From Gemmatimonadota bacterium (GTDB lineage Bacteria; Gemmatimonadota; Gemmatimonadetes; Palauibacterales; Palauibacteraceae), in contig JBDHAC010000005.1 in the NCBI GenBank assembly GCA_039588275.1, forward strand, positions 34,309-98,308: 64,000 nt of DNA, written 5' to 3'. The position numbers were made by a program, and so were the translations under genes. Shown in pieces: positions 28,389 to 38,886 of this stretch. The notes under the pieces were generated by a model. It was not told the origin of the DNA and made no database searches. It saw only the letters and a list, made by a program, of their open reading frames with translations. Every line of letters starts with the position of its first letter. Position 1 is the stretch's first letter.

Positions 28389-29048
28389 CTACTCGGCCTC
28401 GAAGCCCACCGAGAAATGCGAGCCGTCGCAGAACGGCTTGTTCTCCGAAGCCCCGCAGCGGCACAGCGCGGCGTTGCGCACAGGGATCCGGGTCGCGCCA
28501 TCCGCGCTCCGAAGCTCGGCCCGCCCGTCGAGGAGAAGCGAGCCATTCGGGAGCGGCCGGATCTTCAACGGGCCCTCAGCCGGCTCGTTCGACGTCGAGC
28601 CACTGCCCTCGGCGTCGAGATCCCCCGCGTCCCGGAAGCCGAGCTCGACGTGGTTGTTGTCGCAGAACGGTTTGCGCTCCGATGCCCCACAGCGGCACAG
28701 AGCCGCGCGGATCTCGCGGCTCGGGGCCCCAGGGCCCGCGATCTCCAGCTCGAGGTCTCCCCAGGCGTACAGAGGGCCATTGGGGACGAGGGTAAGCGCG
28801 TTGCTCGGCGGTGGCGTCTCGCCCGGGCCACCATCCGAGCGCTCGAACTGAAGGGCACCGGTCGGGCAGCGACCCACGACGGCAGCGATCTCGTCGGCCG
28901 TGGCACCACGTGGGTCCACCCATGGCCGGCGGTGAGCGTCGAACACCCCCGGCAAACCGTGAACACATTCCTCCGCATGGATGCAGCGCCGGGGCTCGAA
29001 CCGCACGACGATGCCGTCGCCCTCGTACTCACGAACCTTCGGCTTCAT
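28389..29048 (-). CDS. Divergent 4Fe-4S domain plus two CDGSH iron-sulfur domains
   Basis: CIHAEECV...CPTGAL; LCRCGAS..KPFCDNNH and LCRCGAS.NKPFCDGSH; GGAGGA RBS. Confidence 0.92.
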   Translation of the reverse strand: MKPKVREYEGDGIVVRFEPRRCIHAEECVHGLPGVFDAHRRPWVDPRGATADEIAAVVGRCPTGALQFERSDGGPGETPPPSNALTLVPNGPLYAWGDLELEIAGPGAPSREIRAALCRCGASERKPFCDNNHVELGFRDAGDLDAEGSGSTSNEPAEGPLKIRPLPNGSLLLDGRAELRSADGATRIPVRNAALCRCGASENKPFCDGSHFSVGFEAE

Positions 29049-29074
29049 GTGTCTTCCTCCAGGGGACCGCTTCT

Positions 29075-30445
29075 CTACGGGATGGGTGTGGCCAGTTCGG
29101 CCTCGCTCACGAGCAGCAGGAGCGCGGCCTGAATCGCCAGGTGGCCGTCGCGGTTGATCCACCATTCGCCAGGTGAGTGGCCTCCACCCCCCTCGCCTCC
29201 CCGCCCGATCGTCACCGCCGGGACACCCAACGAGATCGGGATGTTCGAGTCCGTCGACGAGCGAGCGAGCGAGGGCTCCCCGCCCATGAACGCCAGCGAG
29301 GCGAGGGCTCGCTGCACCAGCGGCGCGTCATCGGGAATCTCGCCCGACGGTCGCTCGCCGATGCGGTCCAGGTGCAGCTCGATGGGTGGCCCCTCCCGCC
29401 GGAGCGCGTTCTCCTCCTCCAGCGCCCGGGCCATCGCATCGCGGAAAGCCGCGTCGATTCTGTCGAGGCTCGCGGGGCTCTCGGAGCGCATGTCGACCTC
29501 CATCCATGCCTCGAACGGGATCGAATTCACCGATGTCCCTCCGCCGATGCGTCCCACGTTGTAGCTCGTCCGGGGCCCCGAGCGGGTCAGGGTATCGGCG
29601 ATGTTCTGAAAGTGCTGCACGGCACGCCCGAGCGCGTGCGCCGGGTTCGCCAGTCCGAAGGCGCCCCACGAGTGACCACCGGGCCCCCTGAACGCGACCC
29701 GATACCGATACGAGCCCAAGCCCTTGTTTACGACCCGGTCGAGTCCACCGCCATCGATCTCGATCCATGCGTCGATCTCCGGCGCCTGCGGACGAAACAG
29801 TTGCTTCATGCCGCGCAGGTCGCCCAGGCCTTCCTCGCCGACCACACCCACGAACCAGACATCCGCCTCGGTCTCGACGCCGGCCCGTTCCATGGCACGC
29901 AGCACGGTGAGCACCAGGATCATGCCGCGCGTGTCGTCACCGATCCCGGGTGCGAACAGCGTGTCGCCACGCTGCCGCACCGTGACGTCGGTACCCTCGG
30001 GGAACACGGTATCCAGATGACCACCGAGGACGACGGTGCGGCGCGCGACACCGCCGCCGGGATCACGACCCCCCCGAACCGTTCCCACGCCACGGCCGCG
30101 ACGCACCGCGACCACGTTCCCCACGTCGTCGATGTATACGGAGTCGGCACCCGCCTCCCGCAGCCACACCGCGAACAGGCGCGCGCGTTCATCCTCCATG
30201 AACGGGGGAGCGGGTACCTCGGTGAGGGTCACGAGATCTTCCATCGTGCGGGGCTCGAGCCCCTCGATGACCCGGAACGCCTCGCGGATCACGTCGTGCT
30301 CGGCCAGCCGCCGAATCTCGGAGGCTGGATCCTCGCGGGAGATTGGCTCCTGCCCGGAGACGGGGAATCCGATACCCGACAGTCCGAGGGCCCACATCGC
30401 ACCGGTCAGGGCCGCGAGGGCGAACCCGCCTGTTCGGCGCGTCAT
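29075..30445 (-). CDS. Exported M20/M25/M40 family metallopeptidase
   Basis: GHLDTVFP, GIGDD, GEEGLG, GGHSWG, SSTDSN; signal peptide. Confidence 0.9.
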   Translation of the reverse strand: MTRRTGGFALAALTGAMWALGLSGIGFPVSGQEPISREDPASEIRRLAEHDVIREAFRVIEGLEPRTMEDLVTLTEVPAPPFMEDERARLFAVWLREAGADSVYIDDVGNVVAVRRGRGVGTVRGGRDPGGGVARRTVVLGGHLDTVFPEGTDVTVRQRGDTLFAPGIGDDTRGMILVLTVLRAMERAGVETEADVWFVGVVGEEGLGDLRGMKQLFRPQAPEIDAWIEIDGGGLDRVVNKGLGSYRYRVAFRGPGGHSWGAFGLANPAHALGRAVQHFQNIADTLTRSGPRTSYNVGRIGGGTSVNSIPFEAWMEVDMRSESPASLDRIDAAFRDAMARALEEENALRREGPPIELHLDRIGERPSGEIPDDAPLVQRALASLAFMGGEPSLARSSTDSNIPISLGVPAVTIGRGGEGGGGHSPGEWWINRDGHLAIQAALLLLVSEAELATPIP

Positions 30446-31530
30446 TGGGCCGGGCGCGCCGGGCGCAGGTGACGGGCCAGAAACCGCCAGATCCTTTGCC
30501 GGATCTCCTTCGCCGCCTTCGTATCCAACCGGTCGAACGAATGCCCGCCGGGCAGGTCCTGATAGATCTCGTACTCGAACCCGGGCGTCCCCTCCGCTTG
30601 CAGCGCCTGGATGAGCCGCTCCACCTCGAGCACGTTCACGTCCTCGTCGTTCGTGTTCGTGTGGATGAGGAGCGGGGTGCCGTCGTACCTGTGGGCGTTC
30701 CAGGAGGGTGACCGCCGGCGGTATTCCTCGACATCCTCGTACGCCGTCTTCCCGATGTGGTAATCCGCCGAGTACAGATCGCGATAACCCTGCGTCTTGT
30801 ATCCCATACGGGCGATCAGATCGCTGACGGGCACGCCCGCAAACGCCACCGCGTAGTCATCGCCGTGGTCGAAGATGTTCATCAGGGCGTGCAGCCCACC
30901 GTGACTCCAGCCGAGGATTCCGACGCGGGAGGGGTCGAGGAAGTCGTAGTTCTCGAGCATGTAGTTGCGGGCCGCGTACGTATCCTCGGTCTCGAGCCCG
31001 CCGTAGTCGATCGCGCGATACACACCACCCCCGTACCCCGTGCTCCCTCGATACTCGGGCGCGACGACCGTGTAGCCCTGCTCCAGCAGCTCTCGAAGGA
31101 TATTGGCGTAATACGTGGTGAAGTTGCTGTGCACTCCGCCGTGCGGGAGAACCAGCAGCGGGTGTCGACGACTCCGATCCAGATCCTTGGGGATGAAGGC
31201 GTACGAGTAGAAGCGAAACGGATTGCCCGCGCCCTGCGCGGTCGGATTCGGCTGATATCGAAGCGGAGGGCCGGTCAATCGGACCACCTCGATCTGGGCG
31301 ATATCGCTCAGTCGCATGAAGAACATCAGGTCGTCCACCTGGCGCGAGACGGCGTCGAGTCGCTGGCGGAGAAAATCGGTCTGACGATCGATCTCCTCTC
31401 GAAGCTCCTCGACGGTTCCGGGTTCCTGCGCACGGCCGTCGGTGAGCGCTCCGACGCCGGCAACGGCCAGAAGAGCTACGCTGGTTGATCGGAAGACGCG
31501 CGGAATCGCGTGAACGGTTCGTTGGGACAT
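30442..31530 (-). CDS. Exported S9 family peptidase (alpha/beta hydrolase)
   Basis: HGGVH, EYRGSTGYG, GWSHGG nucleophile, DEDV, GGHSF. Confidence 0.9.
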   Translation of the reverse strand: MSQRTVHAIPRVFRSTSVALLAVAGVGALTDGRAQEPGTVEELREEIDRQTDFLRQRLDAVSRQVDDLMFFMRLSDIAQIEVVRLTGPPLRYQPNPTAQGAGNPFRFYSYAFIPKDLDRSRRHPLLVLPHGGVHSNFTTYYANILRELLEQGYTVVAPEYRGSTGYGGGVYRAIDYGGLETEDTYAARNYMLENYDFLDPSRVGILGWSHGGLHALMNIFDHGDDYAVAFAGVPVSDLIARMGYKTQGYRDLYSADYHIGKTAYEDVEEYRRRSPSWNAHRYDGTPLLIHTNTNDEDVNVLEVERLIQALQAEGTPGFEYEIYQDLPGGHSFDRLDTKAAKEIRQRIWRFLARHLRPARPAQ

Positions 31531-31593
31531 GGTCTCCCCCTAATTCGGGCCGAAAAAAGCCGCACGGCGGCCACGGGCGAGTCGATGCACAGA

Positions 31594-33411
31594 CTACACG
31601 TCGAGCCCGACCGTGCGCATTAGCTCAAGCGCGTTGCCGGTCTGGACAACCCCCGGACGGAGCTTGTAGTCGAACCGAAGCCGACCGTCCATGACCTTGA
31701 ACTCGAAGTGCATATTGGCCGCCTCAGGCGCGAGGTCGTCGGCGATCTCGGCAAGAGCGAGATCGTGGGTGGTCGCGATCCCGATCGCACCCCGGTCCAG
31801 CAGCGCTCGAAGGATCCGATCGGCGCCGATGCGCCTGTCGTGCGAGTTGGTGCCGTGCAGGAGCTCGTCGAGCAGGAAGAGCGCGGGCCGATCGCGCTCG
31901 GCCGTCTCGACCGCCCTCTTGAGCGCCCGCACCTCCGCGAAGAACCCGGACTCCCCCTCCTGGAGCGAGTCCACCGTACGGATCGAGGCCGCCACCGCGA
32001 GCGACGAGAGACGCAACGCGGTCGCGCAAACCGGAGCCCCCGCCCGTGCGAGCACGACATTCACTCCCACGGTCCGGAGGAGCGTGCTCTTCCCCGACAT
32101 GTTGGAGCCCGTGACCACCAGCAAGCGGTGCTCGGCGTTCAGGAGCACATCGTTTCGAACACGGGTCTTCACGGGAAGGAGCGGGTGCCCCAGCTCACGC
32201 GCGTCGAGCGAAGGGGCGTCGTCAGTCAGCTCGGCGAACGGGTTCGCCGGATGTTCGTACGCGTACGACGCGAGGTCCAGGAACGCCTCCAACTCGCCGA
32301 CCGCGCTTATCCAACGCTGGATTTGGGGACCACACCGGATTCTCCATTGTTCGATCGAGAAAGCGGAGTTCGTGCTCCACAGAAGGAGCGGCGCGATGGG
32401 AGCGAAAAACAGGTTGCCGCGCCATTCGTGCCGGGCCACCCGTGCCAGCAGGCGATCCAGTTGCCGTGAAGCCGGCTGACCCCCGGCGCCGAGAGCATCG
32501 TGCAGAGCGACCAGGACAGGGGCCTCGAAGCGCTCAGCCTCGAGTCTCTCTACGACTGCCCTGATCCGGCGCAGGTCGCGCGCAGGCCGTTGAGCCTGTC
32601 CAAGCACGCGACGGACTCGACCGGCGACCGCCCGCGCGACGATGATCTCGAGCGCGATGACCACGAGGAGGGGAATCCCGCCGATCCAGGACACGGTGGC
32701 CGCCGCCGGAAGCGCAGCTAACGCGAGTAGACGCGCTCCCGTCTGCAAGCGCGGCGCCTCGAGCACCGGCGGAGCCTCGGCCCATTCGAGGAGGTGCCAG
32801 GATTCGAGCGCCTTCACCACCTCGGGGTCGATCGTCGCGAGGTCTTCCCGGAGGTCGAGTCGAGGGCGGAGCTCGCGGACCACGCCATTCCGGTCCTCGA
32901 TGCCGTCGAAGTCGGGAGGGTCGAGCAGCCAGGTAGCCAGCTTCTCTTGCCCCGCCGCCGTCTGCGAGTTGCACAGGAGCTCGTACAGCGATCCCTCGCC
33001 GAACAGGTCGAGGTGCGCCACGTAAGGGTGCGCGTCGTCCAGAAACCGAAATCCGGCGTTGCCCGTGCCGGCGAAACGGTGATCCAGTCGGGCCAGACCG
33101 CGCTCGTAAAACGCGGTCGCACGCTCCGCACGCAATCGCGCCCGGCGCGCTCTTTCGTGCGCCACCACGAGCAGCGCGAAGGCGATGACGGGTGCGAGCG
33201 CCAGTGGCGGAGCCATGCGCCATAGCAGCCACCCCACACCGATACCGACCACGAACGTGAGCAGGCGAGCGTTCGAGATCCGGTCCTCGAGTCGCTTGGC
33301 ATCTCGAGCGGCGGCGGCTCGCGATTCGCGCCGACGTGTGTACTCGGCGCGAGGCTCGGACGAGTCACTGACGGCAGCGGTGTCGAGAGGCGGACGGTGT
33401 TCATCGATCAT
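31594..33411 (-). CDS. Membrane-anchored MutS-related ATPase (domain V only)
   Basis: N-terminal TM segments; TGSNMSGKSTLLR, DSL..GES.F.AE, LLDELLHGTNS, ATTHDL. Confidence 0.9.
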   Translation of the reverse strand: MIDEHRPPLDTAAVSDSSEPRAEYTRRRESRAAAARDAKRLEDRISNARLLTFVVGIGVGWLLWRMAPPLALAPVIAFALLVVAHERARRARLRAERATAFYERGLARLDHRFAGTGNAGFRFLDDAHPYVAHLDLFGEGSLYELLCNSQTAAGQEKLATWLLDPPDFDGIEDRNGVVRELRPRLDLREDLATIDPEVVKALESWHLLEWAEAPPVLEAPRLQTGARLLALAALPAAATVSWIGGIPLLVVIALEIIVARAVAGRVRRVLGQAQRPARDLRRIRAVVERLEAERFEAPVLVALHDALGAGGQPASRQLDRLLARVARHEWRGNLFFAPIAPLLLWSTNSAFSIEQWRIRCGPQIQRWISAVGELEAFLDLASYAYEHPANPFAELTDDAPSLDARELGHPLLPVKTRVRNDVLLNAEHRLLVVTGSNMSGKSTLLRTVGVNVVLARAGAPVCATALRLSSLAVAASIRTVDSLQEGESGFFAEVRALKRAVETAERDRPALFLLDELLHGTNSHDRRIGADRILRALLDRGAIGIATTHDLALAEIADDLAPEAANMHFEFKVMDGRLRFDYKLRPGVVQTGNALELMRTVGLDV

Positions 33412-33497
33412 AGGAGGCCGATGATGCGCGGCCCGACGGGGTTAGGCCAGGATGGGCCTACGATCGCTTGGTGTGTGCGGCGCGTGCGGGAGCGGGG

Positions 33498-35015
33498 TCA
33501 GCGGGTGCGGGCGAGGATCCAGGCGGAGATGCGGTCGAGCACTCCGGGCACGAACTCCTTCTGAAGCGTCATATACTCGGTCGGACTTCCAGTGGTGGCG
33601 GCCTGGAAGAGATGGTTCGCACCCACTACCACATCGATGGTCACGTCGGTGTTGCCCGCTTCCGCGAGCGCCCGAGCCAGGGGCTCGCTGTTCTGCGTCG
33701 GAGGTACCTGAAGGTCGAGCTCCCCGAACAGGGCCAACACCGGCGCTCGCGTCTGGCGCAGGGCCCGGCGCGGATCGTGATCCAGGAAATGACGGAACCA
33801 GGTCGAGGTAGTGGCCACCAACTGCGGCAGGACGCGCGCGGCGACGAACGCATCGACGTCGTGGATCGATTGGCGCCGCTCGGGTGGCATCGCCTCGACG
33901 CTCTCACGGATCATCCGCGCAAGCGCCGCCTCGAGCTCATCACGACCTGCATTCCGGCGCAGCAGGCCGAACAGCTGGCGCTGGTGCGCCTGTTGCGCCT
34001 CGATGGCCTCCGGCGAGCTACGGTTGGCGCGGCCGATCAGCTCAGATTGTCGTAGGAGGATCTCCTCGCCGGACACCGCCGGGCCGGCCAACAGGACGAG
34101 GAAAGCCACATCCCGGGATCGAGCGGCCACCAGCGGGGCGACGATGGCTCCCTCGCTGTGGCCGAGCAGACCGATCGCCGCCGGATCGACCTCGGGCCGT
34201 GATCTCAGGAGCTCCATCGCGGCCTGGACATCGCGCGCGAAGTCCTCCGAGGTGGCGTCGGCGACACTGCCGCCCGATCCGCCCACGCCGCGGTCGTCGT
34301 AGCGGAGTACGGCGATCCCTTCACGGGTCAAGTGCTCCGCGATCAGCCGAAAGGGCTGGAAGCCGAAGATCTCCTCGTCGCGGTTCTGAGCTCCGGAGCC
34401 CGAGATCAGCACCACGGCCGGGTGGGGTCCCGGGCCCTCGGGGAAGCTCAAGGTGCCCGCGAGCACGATGTCTCCGTTCTCGAACGTGACCTCTTCGTGC
34501 CGGTACCGCGGGATCGCGTCCTCCGGCTGCCCGGGTCGCACGACCCCCGTCGCGGGAGTGTCGGTAGGCACCACCCGAGATAGCACGAACACCCCGTCGA
34601 CGCCGGCTTGCGTGAACTCGCCCTCGATCGTGTCTCCTCGCAGTACCCCATCCCAGACGGCGAGCCCCGGCCCAGCGACGAGCTCGAAGTGCACCCGGGA
34701 TTGCTCGATCGAGACATTCTGAAGCTGCAGTCCGCGAGCGCCCTGCGCCGGGATGTCGATTCGAGCCGCGAGCGGGGTCACCGTAGCATCGAACGTCACA
34801 CCTATTTCCAGGTTCTGGCCGAGTGCGGTCAGCGATCCCTGCCAGCGACCCTCGAGGGCACGGCTTTCGGGCTTCGCCGCGTCGCTGCCAGCCGGTCTTT
34901 GCTGGGCGGCGGCCGAGTCGAGCCCGAGCCCGAACATGAGGAATGCCGCCGCAAGCGTGATCGGGCGATGCGAGACACACCGGACCCGCGCCGTCCGTGT
35001 CTGGAGTGACCTCAT
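33498..35015 (-). CDS. Exported alpha/beta hydrolase family protein
   Basis: SGSGAQNRDE, YDDRGVGGS, GHSEG, GELDLQV, NHLFQ; ATGA overlap with ybjQ-like gene. Confidence 0.88.
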   Translation of the reverse strand: MRSLQTRTARVRCVSHRPITLAAAFLMFGLGLDSAAAQQRPAGSDAAKPESRALEGRWQGSLTALGQNLEIGVTFDATVTPLAARIDIPAQGARGLQLQNVSIEQSRVHFELVAGPGLAVWDGVLRGDTIEGEFTQAGVDGVFVLSRVVPTDTPATGVVRPGQPEDAIPRYRHEEVTFENGDIVLAGTLSFPEGPGPHPAVVLISGSGAQNRDEEIFGFQPFRLIAEHLTREGIAVLRYDDRGVGGSGGSVADATSEDFARDVQAAMELLRSRPEVDPAAIGLLGHSEGAIVAPLVAARSRDVAFLVLLAGPAVSGEEILLRQSELIGRANRSSPEAIEAQQAHQRQLFGLLRRNAGRDELEAALARMIRESVEAMPPERRQSIHDVDAFVAARVLPQLVATTSTWFRHFLDHDPRRALRQTRAPVLALFGELDLQVPPTQNSEPLARALAEAGNTDVTIDVVVGANHLFQAATTGSPTEYMTLQKEFVPGVLDRISAWILARTR

Positions 35016-35332
35016 TCCGGCTCGACGACGACGGCCGCACCGAACGCGAGGATCTCTGCCGCTCCACCCATCAGATAGGAGGTCGAGAAGCGAGCGCTCA
35101 CCACCGCGTTGGCGCCCAGCTCGTCCGCCTGCTCGAGCATTCGGTCGACGGCCTGCTCCCGCGCCTCCCCCATCATCTTCGTGTACTCCTCGATCTCGCC
35201 TCCGACCACGCTCTTGAACACGGCCAGGATGTCGCGGCCGAGGTGACGCGCCCGAATCGTATTGCCGCGCACGAGCCCGAGGTCTTTGACCGTTCGGTAT
35301 CCCGCGACGCGTTCTGAAGGTGTGACGATCAT
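35012..35332 (-). CDS. YbjQ/UPF0145 family protein
   Basis: LGLVRG, VGGEIEEYT, AREQA..RM, GANAVV, EILAFG.AV. Confidence 0.92.
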   Translation of the reverse strand: MIVTPSERVAGYRTVKDLGLVRGNTIRARHLGRDILAVFKSVVGGEIEEYTKMMGEAREQAVDRMLEQADELGANAVVSARFSTSYLMGGAAEILAFGAAVVVEPE

Positions 35333-35808
35333 CGGACCACATCCTTGTACGGGTCGCTCTTTCGTATGTGGAGCTTCTCGCGCAGCACCGAGACGAACAA
35401 GATGACGAGCCCGACCACGAGCGCGACCGAGGCCCACCGGATGAGCCCCGGGACGCTCGTATCGGCCAGCACATCCTGTACCCAGTGCACGAGTCCCCAC
35501 GAGATCAACACGATGGCGCCGACCGACACGAGGATCCACGCGATGCTGCGCTCCATGCGTCGGTAGACGCCCGACCAGTAGCTGTCCCAAACCTCCTTGG
35601 GCGGCTCTCGCATCTTCATCGTATCCGTGACCTCCTTCACTCGCCGAAGCCGATCCCATTCGGTGCGGAGCTCCGGTTCTCGCTCGAGCACGTCCTCGAA
35701 CTCCCGCCGCTGGACGTCCGACAACTCGTCATCGAGCGCGCGCATCAAGAGCCTCGTCCAGCGCTCGTCGTTCGCAGGCATGTCGTTTTCGTTTCCGTCG
35801 CGGCTCAT
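35329..35808 (-). CDS. Anti-sigma factor-like membrane protein (two TM)
   Basis: L...LDDELS...EFE anti-sigma-domain-like N-terminus, two TM helices, coupled to sigma gene. Confidence 0.78.
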   Translation of the reverse strand: MSRDGNENDMPANDERWTRLLMRALDDELSDVQRREFEDVLEREPELRTEWDRLRRVKEVTDTMKMREPPKEVWDSYWSGVYRRMERSIAWILVSVGAIVLISWGLVHWVQDVLADTSVPGLIRWASVALVVGLVILFVSVLREKLHIRKSDPYKDVVR

Positions 35809-36425
35809 ATCGCGTCTCCGAGCGCCGCCGCCAGCGAGCGACGGGCAGTGTGCAGCCGGGACATGACGGTCCCGATCGGGATCCCGGTCACCTCAGCGAT
35901 CTCGCGATAGCTGAGTCGCTCGAATTCGCGCAGCACGATGATCTCGCGCTGGCCCGCGGGCAGAGACCGGATCGCTGCCGCCACCCGGGTCCGTAGCTCC
36001 GACTGCTCCACCGCGCGCGAGGGATCAGAGCCCGCACGAGCGCTCGCCTCGCTCACCAGCCACGAGCTGGCCTGTTCCAGAAGCCTGCGCCTCGTCTTTC
36101 GATCGCGACCGACGTTGAAGCTGAGTCTGCGCAGGATCTGGTACAGCCACGGATAGAACGGTCGTTCGGGGTCGATAGACCGCCGCGCCCGAAACGCCCG
36201 CGCGAACGCCTCCTGCGAGACGTCGAGCGCGTCGTCGTGGGAACCCACGATCCCGAGCGCGCCGAAGTAGGCGCGTCGCATGTAGCGGCTCACGAGCTCC
36301 CCGAACGCGGCCCGGTCCCCGCCCTTCGCCCTGCGCATAAGGGTCGCATCCGTCGCTTCGGCGTGGCTCAACCCGCACTCCCATGGCGATCGGTCTCGAT
36401 GACGGTCCGCTTCATTCTCCGACAT
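35805..36425 (-). CDS. ECF RNA polymerase sigma factor
   Basis: GDRAAFGELV, DALDVSQEAF, FYPWLY.I, LSYREIA...GTVMSRLH.AR. Confidence 0.93.
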   Translation of the reverse strand: MSENEADRHRDRSPWECGLSHAEATDATLMRRAKGGDRAAFGELVSRYMRRAYFGALGIVGSHDDALDVSQEAFARAFRARRSIDPERPFYPWLYQILRRLSFNVGRDRKTRRRLLEQASSWLVSEASARAGSDPSRAVEQSELRTRVAAAIRSLPAGQREIIVLREFERLSYREIAEVTGIPIGTVMSRLHTARRSLAAALGDAI

Positions 36426-36808
36426 CGATACACGTGAAGCGAGGGGTTATTCGATTCGGGTGGGGGCGAGCCCCGGCAAGACGGGCGTAAGGTGGGCACC
36501 AGGTGCCGCTAATCGTCCGTGACGGACCGCTGGGGAAGCGTAACTGTCTGTGCCTAAGCTCGTTGCCAGGACCAGTGCGAGCGGGCAGTATTCTCATCGC
36601 CCCTCGCTCGTGGAGCGGCAGGAGAGGCAGCTCGTCTTCCGACGTGGGTCGTGAGCACGTTTTGCGTGCCGGACCACAGTCGCGGTCTGCATGTTGCACG
36701 TGGGACGTGAGGCCCGGGGACCCAAGGGGCGCCCGGAGAGACGAGGCCCGTGACTTTGACGCGGGATTCCACCTGGATAACGACAGCCTTCACCGTGTTG
36801 AAAAGATA

Positions 36809-38881
36809 ATGTCCGTGCCCGAATCCAGTCCTCCGCAGACGGACCTGCGTGTCGCCATCCTCGGAGCCGGTGTAATGGCGCGCCAACACGTCAACGCGCT
36901 GCGTCGTTGCCGGCGGCCCGTTCGCCTGGTCGGGGTCGCGGACCCCGACACGGGGAGCAGGGACCGGCTGCTCGAGGAGGCTCCAACCGGTGCCGCGTTC
37001 AGCACACCCGGTGAGCTCTTTGAAGCGGTGGAAGCGGACGCAGTCCACATCTGCACGCCGCCCGACACCCACGCGGACCTCGCCCTGCGCGCGCTGGATG
37101 CGGGTTGTCACGCTTATGTCGAGAAGCCATTCGCCGAGACGGTCGAGGACGCCCACCGGGTCCTCGACGCGGCTACGACCCGGAAGCTCTGCGTGTGCCC
37201 GGGACACCAGTTGCTCTTCGAACGCCCGTCGAAAGAAACCGCGGCGCTGCTGTCCGCCCTCGGGGATCTCGTTCAGGTCGAGAGCTTCTTCTCTTTCCGA
37301 CCCGTAAAGACACGTGCGGGAGGACGCCTGGGACTGAGTCCCGATCAACAGCTGCTCGACATTCTCCCGCACCCCGTGTACGTGCTGCTCAGGTTCCTGG
37401 AGCTCGGGTGTCCGGATGGCGAGGCGAAGCTCTCGACCATCGAGATCGGCCCAGCCGGCACGGTGCAGGCGCTCGTGAGGCGTGGTAACCTCACCGGCAA
37501 CCTCCTCGTCACGCTCGAGGGAAGACCCGTAGACAGTCACCTGCGCGTGGTCGGTTGCAACGGAACGGTGCTCGCCGACTACGTTCGTGGCACGACGATT
37601 CGCGCGATCGGGCCGGGTGCGTCGGGGATCGACAAAGCGCTCGAGCCCTATCGACAAGCGCGACAGCTCATGGGGCGAACGACCCGCGCGCTGACGAAGC
37701 GAGTCATGGGGGGTGAGCGGAGCTATCCGGGACTCGTCGAGATCTTCGATGCTTTTCACGTCTGCGCCGAGACCGGGGGTGAACCGCCGGTCTCGCACGA
37801 CAACATCTTGCAGACCGTGGAGATCTGCGAGGAGGTCACCCGCTCGCTGGGGCGGACCGCGCCGCACGCCGTCGGGGCGGCGCCCGGACTCCCGGTCGGC
37901 GAGGAGGCCGGTACGCTCATCGCGGTTACCGGAGGTACCGGTTTCTTGGGCCGCCGCCTCGTGCAAGAGCTGCTGCGGAGACCCGGCGTACGCGTACGGG
38001 TGCTGGCGCGTAGACACCCCGCCCCTTGGGAGGTCATCCCCGGTGTCGAATACGTCTGCGCGGACCTCGCGCGCGATTCGCTACAGGGTGCGATGAGCGG
38101 AGTAGACGTGGTGGTGCACTGCGCCGCGGCGACGACGGGTGGCTGGGATGCGCACCAGAGCGGCTCGCTGGATGCGACGGAGCGTCTCCTGCAGGCGGCC
38201 TCGAAGGCCAACGTGCAGCGAGTAGTTCACGTGAGCAGCCTGGCCGTTCTCTCGAAGCTCCACGGTGGCGAGCTGGTGAACGAAGAGACCCCGCTCGCGC
38301 CCGACAGCCGCCAGTCCGGACCGTACATCTGGGGCAAGCTGGAATCGGAGCGGTTGGCTGCACGGCTGGCAGAGGAGCTGGGACTGGGGCTCAAGATCGT
38401 GCGGCCAGGGCCGTTGCTCGACTACGGTGTCTTCGATCCTCCGGGACGGTTGGGGAAACGCGTCGGGAACCTGTTCGTCGCGGTCGGGAGCCCCGGTCAT
38501 ACGTTGGGGGTGGTCGATGTCGGGTTCGCGGCCAACGCGATCACCAGGCTCGTCCTCGACCCCGGGGCTTCGCCCGACGTGCTGAATCTTCTCGAGCCCC
38601 GTTTGCCGACCAAGCGGGAGTTGGTGGATCGACTCAAGCAGCGGAACCCCGGCTTGCGTGTGGTGTGGCTGCCCATGCCCGTACTTCGCCCACTGTCCTG
38701 GTTCGCGATCGGCGTCCAGAAGGTCCTTCGCCGGGGACAACCGCCCATCGACATAGCAAAGGTGTTTTACGAGCCTCGCTTCGATCTCAGGCTAGTCCGA
38801 GAGGTTGCGGCAGCGCTGGCGGCAACCGAGGGCGAGTCCGGTGCGGATCGAGCTCGGCCATTGGCACCTGCGACGGAGTAG
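36809..38881 (+). CDS. Gfo/Idh/MocA oxidoreductase fused to NAD-dependent epimerase/dehydratase (extended SDR)
   Basis: ILGAG, ICTPP.TH, EKPF, DILPHP; second half TGGTGFLG, HCAA, HVSS, YIWGK. Confidence 0.88.
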   Translation: MSVPESSPPQTDLRVAILGAGVMARQHVNALRRCRRPVRLVGVADPDTGSRDRLLEEAPTGAAFSTPGELFEAVEADAVHICTPPDTHADLALRALDAGCHAYVEKPFAETVEDAHRVLDAATTRKLCVCPGHQLLFERPSKETAALLSALGDLVQVESFFSFRPVKTRAGGRLGLSPDQQLLDILPHPVYVLLRFLELGCPDGEAKLSTIEIGPAGTVQALVRRGNLTGNLLVTLEGRPVDSHLRVVGCNGTVLADYVRGTTIRAIGPGASGIDKALEPYRQARQLMGRTTRALTKRVMGGERSYPGLVEIFDAFHVCAETGGEPPVSHDNILQTVEICEEVTRSLGRTAPHAVGAAPGLPVGEEAGTLIAVTGGTGFLGRRLVQELLRRPGVRVRVLARRHPAPWEVIPGVEYVCADLARDSLQGAMSGVDVVVHCAAATTGGWDAHQSGSLDATERLLQAASKANVQRVVHVSSLAVLSKLHGGELVNEETPLAPDSRQSGPYIWGKLESERLAARLAEELGLGLKIVRPGPLLDYGVFDPPGRLGKRVGNLFVAVGSPGHTLGVVDVGFAANAITRLVLDPGASPDVLNLLEPRLPTKRELVDRLKQRNPGLRVVWLPMPVLRPLSWFAIGVQKVLRRGQPPIDIAKVFYEPRFDLRLVREVAAALAATEGESGADRARPLAPATE

Positions 38882-38886
38882 CCCAG

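Noticed and set aside
31594..33411. Canonical mismatch-repair mutS
   Set aside because: Lacks the mismatch-binding and clamp domains; it is a TM-anchored domain-V-only paralogue
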